From Candidatus Heimdallarchaeota archaeon B3_Heim (GTDB taxonomy: Archaea; Asgardarchaeota; Heimdallarchaeia; Hodarchaeales; Hodarchaeaceae): a stretch of 32,000 nucleotides of DNA. A program made the translations under genes and the position numbers. Below are positions 1-9,094 of this stretch, one piece after another. Every line of letters starts with the position of its first letter. Positions within the stretch are counted from its first letter, which is position 1. A model generated the notes under the pieces. It saw only the letters and a list, made by a program, of their open reading frames with translations. It was not told where the DNA came from and did not search any database. The DNA lies in contig NJBF01000007.1 in NCBI GenBank assembly GCA_003144275.1, positions 64,668-96,667 on the forward strand, written 5' to 3'.

Positions 1-203
1 ACCTGAATTTTGGAAAATTCCTGACCATTAAGCTCTTTAGCAATCATTTCTGAGGGGTTTACAAAATGATCACCAAAAGGCTCAAATCCTGTTAATAAGA
101 GAGTTGTCAATTTTTCACCGTGCTATCTTTGAAAGAAGTATGAAATTCTTTCTAGGAAAATTCATTATAGATATTATTCGTATATCTTCTAAAGGGCATT
201 AAG

Positions 204-827
204 ATGACTTCAGTAAAACCTGAATGGGATATTTATGCTAAAAATACAATGAATCCGATAATTCAGGCGCATTACTATTTTACTGTATGGAGAAATTATA
301 GATTATTATTACACGGATTAAAAATTCCACGAGGAACGCTCCTCGAATTAGGATCTTCAACAGGCCAAATTTCTCTTCGATTGTCTAGAATGTATAAGTT
401 ATCCCCTACTCTAGTAGATACATCGGCTCTTGCACTCACATTAGCAAGTCAATTTTATCGAAAAAAGGGAATCATTCCTATTATCATTAAAAAAAGTATT
501 CTCGACCTGAATCTAGGTCAAAAATATGATTTTGTTCATTCACATGGCTTATTGGAACATTTTATTGGTAAAAAGCAACAAAGGGCTATGGAAATACATA
601 TTAACCATGTTAAACATGGAGGATGGTTGATCTGCTGGATGCCCAGCCCTGATATATTTTATCGTCTTAATCGTTGGTATCTAGAACAAACTGGTAAATG
701 GATTTTTGGTTTTGAACAGCCACTTACTCTCAAAGATGTTTTATCGATTTTTCGTCAAGAAGTACTAATTATCCGAAAGATTCGTCATTTTCCAGGATGG
801 ATTGGAGTAGCTGCTCAACGGCAATGA
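204..827 (+). CDS. Class I SAM-dependent methyltransferase
   Basis: Motif I LLELGSSTG, acidic motif II (TLVDTS), motif III/IV YDFVHSHGLLEHF, post-motif VKHGGWL. Confidence 0.85.
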   Translation: MTSVKPEWDIYAKNTMNPIIQAHYYFTVWRNYRLLLHGLKIPRGTLLELGSSTGQISLRLSRMYKLSPTLVDTSALALTLASQFYRKKGIIPIIIKKSILDLNLGQKYDFVHSHGLLEHFIGKKQQRAMEIHINHVKHGGWLICWMPSPDIFYRLNRWYLEQTGKWIFGFEQPLTLKDVLSIFRQEVLIIRKIRHFPGWIGVAAQRQ

Positions 828-859
828 TCTTAGATACTCAGAATATTTAGCATTTCACC

Positions 860-2056
860 TTAAAAGCCTAGTATTCCTTTCAAGAATATCACAAAGACGA
901 ACAATTGGGCTATAGTAATGGTAAAACCTTCGTAAATATCTAATTTTTGATCGTCAGTCATTGAGGATTTTATCATAAACAGGAGTAACCACGCAAATCC
1001 AAATTGTACCAGTAAGAAGGGGACAGGTAGTTCACCTGTTCCCTGTACATAATGAATTAACGGGATCCCCTGTAGGCTATTACCTTCTATGCCAATTACA
1101 GCCCCTATATATGAAAATAATGAAACTAGCCCAGTCATTAATAACAAATTTTGCATTGTACCTGCAATTAGATTACCTAGACCTAATTCAATACCTCCTT
1201 CGTGTTTGACTGCTAATAAAGCAATTGCATGCTCAGGTATTGAAGCTGCGGCACCAATAAAGAACGCCAACTGAAACTCATTTAAAACAACCTCTTCTGA
1301 ATGTTCTAAGAATAGTTCTACCGATGAAGATATCATTTCACCAGCAAAAAATATCATTCCAAATGCCAAGAGAAGTGTAAAGACTACGATAGAACGTCCT
1401 CCATTTTTATGCTCAACAGACGTTTCTCTTAAAGCATTAAGATCACGACTCTTTAAATTATGACGAATGATGAAGAAAAGGTAGAAAAGATACACAATTA
1501 CAGTAATTACACTTGCTTCATAGGGAAGATGTGGGATTGTCCCTTCTCCACTCATTGCTAGTTCAAATATTTCAAGACAGAATAGAACAATTCCATAGAC
1601 AAATATAGATCCTACTATTACAATAGCAACACGTACTATTGGAACCTCAATGTCTATAACTTCTTTAGGAATGGTTATAGGCTCTTTACGTTGAAAATTT
1701 CCAAGCATTACCAAAATACCCAGCATCAAGATATTGAAACCAGTAGCGATTATAATAAATGCAATTGCAAATTCAACCTTTCCACTGAGTATTGCAAATC
1801 CACCAATAACCAATTCAGGTGAGTTACTAGCTAGGGAGGATAAAACTCCAGAGACATAGGGAGTTAAACCCATTCGTTTACCGAATATTTCAATTCCTAC
1901 AACAGCTTTTTCAGAGGCTAAAATCGCGATTACTAATCCAACAATCATAAATCCAATTAAGTAGAGAGTGGGTAAGGTGGTTTTAGTAAACCAGAAGATT
2001 ATAATCAGAATACCAAACACAGGAAAGAGTATTTTATCACGAGTACCGAATTTCAT
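860..2056 (-). CDS. Ca2+/cation antiporter (CaCA, Na_Ca_ex family)
   Basis: About 10-11 hydrophobic helices; two alpha-repeats, SLASNSPELVIG and GAAASIPEHAIAL, followed by GNLIAG; GGTGAG Shine-Dalgarno-like site just upstream of the ATG. Confidence 0.85.
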   Translation of the reverse strand: MKFGTRDKILFPVFGILIIIFWFTKTTLPTLYLIGFMIVGLVIAILASEKAVVGIEIFGKRMGLTPYVSGVLSSLASNSPELVIGGFAILSGKVEFAIAFIIIATGFNILMLGILVMLGNFQRKEPITIPKEVIDIEVPIVRVAIVIVGSIFVYGIVLFCLEIFELAMSGEGTIPHLPYEASVITVIVYLFYLFFIIRHNLKSRDLNALRETSVEHKNGGRSIVVFTLLLAFGMIFFAGEMISSSVELFLEHSEEVVLNEFQLAFFIGAAASIPEHAIALLAVKHEGGIELGLGNLIAGTMQNLLLMTGLVSLFSYIGAVIGIEGNSLQGIPLIHYVQGTGELPVPFLLVQFGFAWLLLFMIKSSMTDDQKLDIYEGFTITIAQLFVFVIFLKGILGF

Positions 2057-2174
2057 TTGCTCACCTGACCTAAATCTATTGAAAAAGCAATGATTTCATC
2101 TGAAATTATTAATTTTTGTTTGGCCAATTGATTTTCGATAAGATTGTAGTGATACATTCTGAAGTGAGTATATT

Positions 2175-3173
2175 TCATCTTTGCTCCTCAATGTCGGAGA
2201 AAATTGAAGGTTCATCTTCAGGATTGAAATCAAAGAAGTCTTCAAAGTCCAAAATTCGAGCAACTTTACCAGTTTTTCCGTGTATTGACGTCGGCATCCG
2301 TAATAATCGACGTAAATCTATAGTTACTTTATGATCTATCCGAGGAGCCCAGCGACGCAAGATCTCATCGTACTTATTTACACGAGCTAGGCTCAAATTG
2401 AAACTCCGAGCAAGATTATCATCTACGTATCCATCTTGATGTTTCAGCTGTCTTATTGTATTTGTAGCTACATTCCCACTTAATCCAAGTTCGACTAGAT
2501 CCTTCCGGCGAATATTCTTTAAATAGTATCTAAAGATCGTAGATTCAGTCCGTTTACGAAATTCATATTTTAATTGTTTTCTCTCCTGTACTCGTGCTGT
2601 TTCATCCTCACCCTTTATTATGGAAAGATAATCAATAATGGACTGACGCTGATCTCGATCAAGATCAAAGGTATTAGAATCGCGTACCCATCCATGAACG
2701 CCGCGTCGTCCTGAAAATAACCAGATGATATCGTTCATGCCGAAATCTCGACGCAAGGTCTCATCGATGAGGCTAATAGAGACATTTATCAATTGCCAGC
2801 ACCGTAAACATACTTGACCAGCACCAGTACAATCGCATACATACTTACGAACGGCATCATAGTCGTTTATATCAATATCAAAGACTAATTCATGTCCTAT
2901 CCACTCTAATGTATGGATAGGTCTTTTTCGGGAAGGAGGATTGTCATAAACAGCCCCGATATAGGCATCGGTTGGACACCGGTCTATTAAGAAATCTTGC
3001 AGGTCATCTGGTGTTTCAAATGCGATATTCCTGAAAAATTTACCATTTAGACTCACAAATCCAAACTCACGAGTAGAGAATGAAGAAAAATCAATAACTT
3101 GAGTCAGAGTATCTACATCAAATTCCGTTGCATAATAATCTCGAATAGCTATTCGACGTTTTGACATATTCAC
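2175..3173 (-). CDS. priS: DNA primase catalytic small subunit (archaeo-eukaryotic primase)
   Basis: ELVFDID (DxD), FSGRRGVH, RIDHKVTIDLRRLLRMPTSIHGKTG, and Zn knuckle CDCTGAGQVCLRC. Confidence 0.96.
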   Translation of the reverse strand: MNMSKRRIAIRDYYATEFDVDTLTQVIDFSSFSTREFGFVSLNGKFFRNIAFETPDDLQDFLIDRCPTDAYIGAVYDNPPSRKRPIHTLEWIGHELVFDIDINDYDAVRKYVCDCTGAGQVCLRCWQLINVSISLIDETLRRDFGMNDIIWLFSGRRGVHGWVRDSNTFDLDRDQRQSIIDYLSIIKGEDETARVQERKQLKYEFRKRTESTIFRYYLKNIRRKDLVELGLSGNVATNTIRQLKHQDGYVDDNLARSFNLSLARVNKYDEILRRWAPRIDHKVTIDLRRLLRMPTSIHGKTGKVARILDFEDFFDFNPEDEPSIFSDIEEQR

Positions 3174-3184
3174 GATATTATCTC

Positions 3185-4501
3185 CTACTCCTCCTTGGGT
3201 TTGTTTTCGGGTTCCTGTGGTGAAGAAAGACCTTCAATCTTAATTGCAAAACGTGTCCATTGAAGGGGATGAACAATTTTTCGGTAAAGGGATCGATTAT
3301 AAACTAAACGAAAATACTGAGAACAGGCTTGTGTAGGATTACTACTACTCACTGAAATTAACGAATTTAAGTGTGAATTCAGAATTTTCAATTTCTTTTT
3401 TGTCGTATAGTAATTCTCTTTTAAAAATTCTATTAACACTGCTGGAGCCAAGTGGACAAATGGACAAAAATATCCAGTAGCTATCGTTGAACATTGAGGT
3501 ACATTATAGTCTTTTTTTCCTCCTTCCAAACCGTATAAATGACGGATTTGATATCCTGAGGTTCGTTGGAACTCTGAAAAGGTTTGTCCAACATTATCCA
3601 CTGATTTGTCGTACCAGAAGTGGAGCTGTTCGTTTACAGACATTCCTAACCTCTTAAGGAAAAAACCCATTTGCAGTCGTTGAACATGAACTAATCGTCC
3701 TGTCTTTTCAAACTCAAAATAGATGCGCAACATACACGGTGGGAATATCTCGGGATGTAAAAATAAATCTTGCCCTTCAAGCTCCCCTCCACTATATTGG
3801 GAACGAATTTGCACATGTTTAGAAAGGTCTTGTTCAAGATCCTGTACGGCGTTATCAATATCCTCCCTTATGCCCAATAAATCCTGAGATTTAATTATTT
3901 CTTCTTCGAGTTTTTTCTCGAATGCTTTTTTCAACACCCCACGAAATGATGCTTCGTTTGATACGACCCATCCTTTTCTTAAATATCCTTTTCGCTTGGA
4001 TACCATCCATGGAACCTTTGAAAAATGCACACACAACAAGAAATCCCTTTTTTTTCTACTACGACTTGTATGATATTGTTGATAAAGCTCGGCTAGGTAT
4101 TCATTCTTCTCCTCGTCCATTCTGAGCTTAAATTCTTCGTATTTCAGAACGTTTTCTTCTCCAAAGACCTGTCGAAAGATTATAACTTTCTCATCTATTG
4201 TTTCTGTACGATCGTAATATAAACGCTCAAATAGATCCCCTTCAACTTCAATCAGCCACGATTCCAAACGACTATTAGTTGCAGCCACTAATCTAAGTAA
4301 ATATGCTCCTAATCGATAATCCTCATAGATTTGGTTGAGAGCTTCATCATATGAGGGAAAATAGTCACGAATAACTTGTGAAGGATTGTTGGGAAGCTTT
4401 TCTAACAATTGAACTCTATTCCATGCAAGATTTTTCCACGCTTTCACATCGATATTCAAGTTTGGAGGTGCCTGCAAAAGAAACCAGTTCGGGAGGAGCA
4501 T
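3185..4501 (-). CDS. priL: DNA primase large subunit with 4Fe-4S domain, eukaryotic p58-like
   Basis: FPPCM, [28 protein letters not shown], CPFVH and ACSQYF give four cluster cysteines; lies 11 bp upstream of priS on the same strand. Confidence 0.95.
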   Translation of the reverse strand: [438 protein letters not shown]

Positions 4502-4695
4502 TCTTCAAACCACTCTGCGATTCATTCAAGCTTAGTCGTTATAAAACTACATAAACACTATTGCATATGTGCTAAGAATCCAAGAACACATCTTTTTATT
4601 AGCCTAACGATATTTTTTTTATTGGTAACCAAAGAATGGAGAGAATACTTTGATTGCACATTTCATTTGTATTTTTAGAACTGATCCTTGAATGC

Positions 4696-5772
4696 TTAAA
4701 GAAGTGATAGATCATCTTCTAGATATGGTATTTCAATAGGGAGAGGGATGTGGTGTTCATTCATGGCATGAAAATTAACCAAAGAATGTAAAATTTTGAG
4801 TTCTTTTTTGAGTGTTTGTTTTCGCATTCTTGGAACCCAAATTTTCAATCCTGCTCTCAACGCGGTATGAATATATGGAATGGTCGCTCTTACAAGGATT
4901 TTAGACAACATAGGAGTATTATAATACAAATAATCGTATACTGGATTCTTTATTTTCTTGGGAGAATCAGGATTTAAATGGCGATGAATATCATATTGGA
5001 TATTGTAATCGAGGTTCACAAATAAGTAACGAAACCAATCTTCCCATATTTTATAGGTAGACCCCGTGCCTTTGAGCCTTATTTGATATTTTGAGGGTGA
5101 TTTCTTCACTCTATGCAGATAATCTAGGATATCATCTTCAGTAGTTCCCTCCACATAAGTATAACATCGTCCAACCATATTAGGTTGATGATTATCTCCT
5201 CCTGCTATACCAGGTAATCCGAACTCACGAGAAATTATTTGGGCAAGATAATTATGCCTTTTAGGTTGGAACCCATTAATAATTTCTATCATCCCTACAC
5301 GCTTCAGCACAGATGCATTGATTGTGTAAGTTTGTGAATCATACCCTCCTGCAGGTGCACTTTGAGAAAGATCAAACGGATGGGCTAAAATATACAGGGC
5401 ATTTGAATCATCAAGATACTCCAAGAACTCAGGTAAGGGGCGAAAACGAATTTGCCAGGGAATATTACGTAACCCGTAAACCAGAATATGGGCCCACCCA
5501 TGTCTATTTTTATCGTATTTCGTAACTTCTTGGCCCACAATTGGAATTATATCGGTGTATTTAGACGCATAATGTAAAAATGCTTTGATTCCATTCATAT
5601 TATTATGATCAGTAAGTGCTATCGCGTTGAGCTTCCTACGACGAGCGAGTTTGACCAACAATTTCGGTGATAAAGCAGAGTCTTGAAAAAAATGATTTCC
5701 CTTGAGTTTAGGTACTCGTAAAAGTGAGTAATAGGTATGAGAATGTAAATCAACACTCGTTAAATCACTCAC
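4696..5772 (-). CDS. PHP-domain metal-dependent phosphoesterase
   Basis: DLHSHT, LTDHN, GQEV, HILVYG, AHPF, IEIING and GGDNH motifs; GTG start with GGTGA upstream. Confidence 0.88.
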   Translation of the reverse strand: MSDLTSVDLHSHTYYSLLRVPKLKGNHFFQDSALSPKLLVKLARRRKLNAIALTDHNNMNGIKAFLHYASKYTDIIPIVGQEVTKYDKNRHGWAHILVYGLRNIPWQIRFRPLPEFLEYLDDSNALYILAHPFDLSQSAPAGGYDSQTYTINASVLKRVGMIEIINGFQPKRHNYLAQIISREFGLPGIAGGDNHQPNMVGRCYTYVEGTTEDDILDYLHRVKKSPSKYQIRLKGTGSTYKIWEDWFRYLFVNLDYNIQYDIHRHLNPDSPKKIKNPVYDYLYYNTPMLSKILVRATIPYIHTALRAGLKIWVPRMRKQTLKKELKILHSLVNFHAMNEHHIPLPIEIPYLEDDLSLL

Positions 5773-5948
5773 TTATTTTTTCACCTAGGGGAGGATGATC
5801 AGCTTTTTTTTTCCTTTGCCCCTCAATAATTTGCTCTTATTTTTTTCTTTATATCAAAGTAGCGATCTTTTGTTGATATTTAGATGATTTACTATCTATT
5901 GGTCTTTTATAAAAAATGTATGTAAATTCCTAGAAATCTGATAATTTA

Positions 5949-7106
5949 TTAAATCAAAGTACTAGAATCCTCAATATCTTGAGAAGTTACACGAGTTTTT
6001 CCTAAAATGTAAACTAGTAATCCAACCACTATTAAAAAATAAAATTTTACTAATTGGACAAGAATAGCACCTGAAAGTGCCATATCAGTACTGATACTCA
6101 AACCATATTCAATGAAAACTGATAATGAAATCTCTTTCAGTCCAGCCATTCCTGGAATTCCAACAGGGATTAGGTCAACAGTACCTCCCAGAAAATTTAC
6201 AGCAGCGACCTGGTCAAGAGAGATCGCAATATTGACAGAATGTAATATTAATAGAATTGACAACCAATGTGCTACCTGTGCAAAAAAGGCTAAAATCAGT
6301 GCAACAGATGAAATTAATTTATTTTTGGCTAAATACGAGAATTGGATACTAAAATCATCAACTAATTTATCTGAAGATAGTTTTTCAGAGTTAATACGAG
6401 TACTAACTAATGGTAAGGAGCTGAATCCTTGTAAAAAGGTATTCAGTATACTTTTCGCCTTATTCGGGCTAAGAGCTATCAATATAAATAGACCCACGAT
6501 TAAAACAGTTATTATTGAGATAAGTAATACGAAAATTAGATTAAATCCGTTTGGTAAGGGAGGATAGCCTAATTCGACTAATATAGCACTTAGATACTCA
6601 AACATTGATACAGCAATAAACGTGGATATCGGAATAAAAGCTAGTAGCCCACAGAGCTTATGAGCAACTACGCTAGATAATACTTCACCACTTGTGGCAT
6701 TTCTCCTTTCCTCTTCGTTAAAAAATTCTTGTGTACCCATAACAACTTTCATAATAGCTTCGACGGCTCCAGCACTTGGGATAAGCAAGCCATAGGAGAA
6801 CGAGGATAATTGAATCCGATAGGTTGTTTTTGTTGAAGGATAAATTCTAGATATTCCCAATAAAATTTTCCAGGCAAATGTATCAAGTAATACTGCAATA
6901 AACGTAAATCCTGCTCCGATCGTCAGTATAATTACATTTGCTCCAAGAAATGTATCAATCATTGAAAAAATACTAATATCTTCAAGAATAAAGTATAATA
7001 ATAAAACAAAAGCTGCAAATCCAAGCAAAATGATAGTTTTCTTGTCAAATGCTTCTTTCAAAGAAAGATTCTTTTGACTCAACTCTGGCTCAGATTGATT
7101 TTCCAT
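5949..7106 (-). CDS. Lysylphosphatidylglycerol synthase TM / flippase-like (UPF0104) membrane protein
   Basis: Multi-TM protein with family-like segments AWKILL, YGLLIPSAGAVE and VDLIPVGIPGMAGLKE. Confidence 0.8.
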   Translation of the reverse strand: MENQSEPELSQKNLSLKEAFDKKTIILLGFAAFVLLLYFILEDISIFSMIDTFLGANVIILTIGAGFTFIAVLLDTFAWKILLGISRIYPSTKTTYRIQLSSFSYGLLIPSAGAVEAIMKVVMGTQEFFNEEERRNATSGEVLSSVVAHKLCGLLAFIPISTFIAVSMFEYLSAILVELGYPPLPNGFNLIFVLLISIITVLIVGLFILIALSPNKAKSILNTFLQGFSSLPLVSTRINSEKLSSDKLVDDFSIQFSYLAKNKLISSVALILAFFAQVAHWLSILLILHSVNIAISLDQVAAVNFLGGTVDLIPVGIPGMAGLKEISLSVFIEYGLSISTDMALSGAILVQLVKFYFLIVVGLLVYILGKTRVTSQDIEDSSTLI

Positions 7107-7201
7107 AAATTAGACCTTCTTTTAAGGAATCGGATGGGAGCTTCATAAATTCTTTTCAGAATGAATTCTTTACCCTACATCTAAGTATTGGATGCTTTTC
7201 C

Positions 7202-7447
7202 GTGAATATTTCTGAATTAGTTTTCACATCTTTGGGGCCATTTCTTTATAATTTGTTATTTCTTGTCCTCTGGATTGATTATCATTATAAGGGAGCGCAA
7301 ATCCAAACAAGAAAATATTTTGAAAAGTATTTACGTGAAGAATTATTGTTTTATTTAATGACTGGATTATTAATCCTTTTGTTTCTCTTCCTTTTATTTG
7401 GCTACGCATTTGCTAATACCAAAATACAAGGATCAGGAATCGTATGA
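7202..7447 (+). pseudogene. Truncated 5' paralogous copy of the GT-C gene at 9095-10225 (first two TM helices only)
   Basis: Residues 1-73 align collinearly with the N-terminus of the 9086/9095 protein (SELVFTSLGPFLYNLLFLVLWI vs SELLFTNLGPLIYNLIFLSLWI; YLMTGLL vs FLITGLI; ANT/ANT), roughly half identical by hand count. Similarity stops at nt 7420, followed by 8 unrelated codons overlapping the next gene. Confidence 0.75.
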
Positions 7448-8662
7448 TGAATTAAACGAATTTTTACCATAATTTTTCTGTAACTTCAATGTCAACTTTG
7501 CAGGATCAGAAGAAGAGGGGAGTTTCCATGAATAAGGATGATTATTCTCAACTTGAACGATAAACCCTTTATCTCGCAGATAGAATAATCTATGTAATAA
7601 ATATTCAGAGTACACTCCTTTAATAAAGTGTTTTAATTTTGGATGCTTTTGAAGTTCTGGAGTAGTATAAACTTGATGGTCTCCAAGGACCTCAAGAATA
7701 TGGGGGTAAAATTCTCGTGCACGGCGCAGAGCAGATCCTTTAGTTATATTGTAAGATTTCACAAGTGAATCAAGAGCATTTTTCTTGTGCCATAATCCTA
7801 ACAATGGATCTTTAAAAGAAATTCTATTAAGATCATTATAATATTGAATAACGCCTCCTTGATATAAACGAAATATGTAGGCTCTACCATTATTATGAGG
7901 GATTGGTGGATAAGGAGTGTGATCATACCCTAGTTGATCACACAGTTGCATTACTCTTGTTAAAATTAATTCATTCTTTTGGGCAAAGAGTATTTGGTTA
8001 CTAACATTGCCATCATCCAGAAGAAAGGCAGTAAGAAATTGTATTTTCCAATTAAAATACTTTGAAGGTAAATCAATGACAAATTGCACGAATTTTGGAG
8101 TTTTCAGATCATGTGCAACAAGATCTGGGATAGCCATCATAATAACATATGTTAATCCTTTTGGATAATGAACTCTCTCACTATTACCGTCTGGTGAACG
8201 GCTTAATTTCCCTAATAGTGATCGCATGTTTTCTTGGTTCATACGTTTTTGAGTCCAGACCAAGGAGGGGAATGATTGCCGTTTATCAATAGTTCCATCG
8301 CCAATAATATGACAAATCACACGCCAAGCATAAATGTTCATATGAAATGGAAACGAAATTTTTTCTAATTTACCTTGAGGAGAATATCGTACAGCTTGAA
8401 CTGATTTTTGTATTGTCTTGAAATCTAAGTTAAGTTCTTGACAAAGCCTATATAGATTAGGTACTATAATGGTCTTATTAGGGGAGTCACGAATACCCAA
8501 TAAGACTTTATAAGAAATCTTCAGATTAGTAGATAACTTTGAAATGGTAGATCTTTTTAAAAAGGTGGACAAATAGAGCCATAAATTATAATTCAAGAGA
8601 ACATAAAACTTGGTTAAATCTTTTAATTGTACTGTATTGAAAGGGTCATTGTTAAACTCCAT
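7433..8662 (-). CDS. Free-standing LAGLIDADG (DOD)-type endonuclease-like protein with N-terminal HTH and C-terminal winged helix
   Basis: Two LAGLIDADG-like helices with acidic residues retained (VICHIIGDG; FLTAFLLDDG), each followed by a beta-strand (LVWTQK; ILFAQK). N-terminal TISKLSTNLKISYKVL is HTH-like; C-terminal LHRLFYLRDKGFIVQVE...YSWKL is wHTH-like. No intein splicing motifs. Confidence 0.75.
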   Translation of the reverse strand: MEFNNDPFNTVQLKDLTKFYVLLNYNLWLYLSTFLKRSTISKLSTNLKISYKVLLGIRDSPNKTIIVPNLYRLCQELNLDFKTIQKSVQAVRYSPQGKLEKISFPFHMNIYAWRVICHIIGDGTIDKRQSFPSLVWTQKRMNQENMRSLLGKLSRSPDGNSERVHYPKGLTYVIMMAIPDLVAHDLKTPKFVQFVIDLPSKYFNWKIQFLTAFLLDDGNVSNQILFAQKNELILTRVMQLCDQLGYDHTPYPPIPHNNGRAYIFRLYQGGVIQYYNDLNRISFKDPLLGLWHKKNALDSLVKSYNITKGSALRRAREFYPHILEVLGDHQVYTTPELQKHPKLKHFIKGVYSEYLLHRLFYLRDKGFIVQVENNHPYSWKLPSSSDPAKLTLKLQKNYGKNSFNSSYDS

Positions 8663-8851
8663 CTTGCTAAATCCAAGTCCAAGTAGAATTTAAGAACATA
8701 AATTCTCTTTAATAATGTAACATTAAGCCACTGTTTTAAATACTTTACTAAGCTATTAACGCTTAATTACTATGCATATACCCTGTTGTTAATAATGCAT
8801 TCTGATGGAATTACTGTACACAAAAAGCATAAGAATTGTTGAATTTATGCA

Positions 8852-9019
8852 ATGAAAGATGATGAAATGCCAAAATTACAAGAAAGAAAAACAAAGACTG
8901 GAACTACTTTTGTTATTACAGTTCCAAAAGAATATGTTGAAAAAATGGGTTGGAAGAAAGGAGATACCATTTTCTTCTCAATTCTGAGTGAAATGAGCTT
9001 AAAAGTTGAAAAAGGATGA
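8852..9019 (+). CDS. AbrB/MazE/SpoVT-family DNA-binding protein, 55 aa, missing from the ORF track
   Basis: My translation: MKDDEMPKLQERKTKTGTTFVITVPKEYVEKMGWKKGDTIFFSILSEMSLKVEKG, which carries the family pattern G-x-x-x-x-I-T-V-P-K-x5-G-W-x-x-G-D. Confidence 0.85.
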   Translation: MKDDEMPKLQERKTKTGTTFVITVPKEYVEKMGWKKGDTIFFSILSEMSLKVEKG

Positions 9020-9035
9020 CAATCACCAATTATTC

Positions 9036-9041
9036 TTTTTT
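9036..9041 (+). terminator. T6 run after the AbrB-like gene (candidate archaeal terminator)
   Basis: tttttt 17 nt after the stop codon; oligo-T tracts act as archaeal terminators. Confidence 0.3.
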
Positions 9042-9060
9042 CAAGCATCTTTAGATTTAA

Positions 9061-9076
9061 GAAAAACCTTATAAAA
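9061..9076 (+). promoter_or_regulatory. BRE-TATA promoter candidate for the GT-C gene
   Basis: GAAAAACC followed by TTATAAAA, about 20-26 nt upstream of the ATG at 9095, compatible with a leaderless transcript. Confidence 0.5.
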
Positions 9077-9094
9077 CAATGATAGATGATTAAA

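Noticed and set aside
1089-6567. Short ORFs at 1089, 2116, 3922, 4409, 5322 and 6112 on the plus strand
   Set aside because: Antisense shadows of well-supported minus-strand genes; no motifs.
7224-7409. 61-aa minus-strand ORF
   Set aside because: Antisense to the GT-C 5' fragment, which has clear internal homology support.
7433-8662. Intein or intron origin for the LAGLIDADG ORF
   Set aside because: No N-terminal Cys/Ser or C-terminal His-Asn splicing motif; the ORF is antisense to the flanking gene and has its own start and stop.
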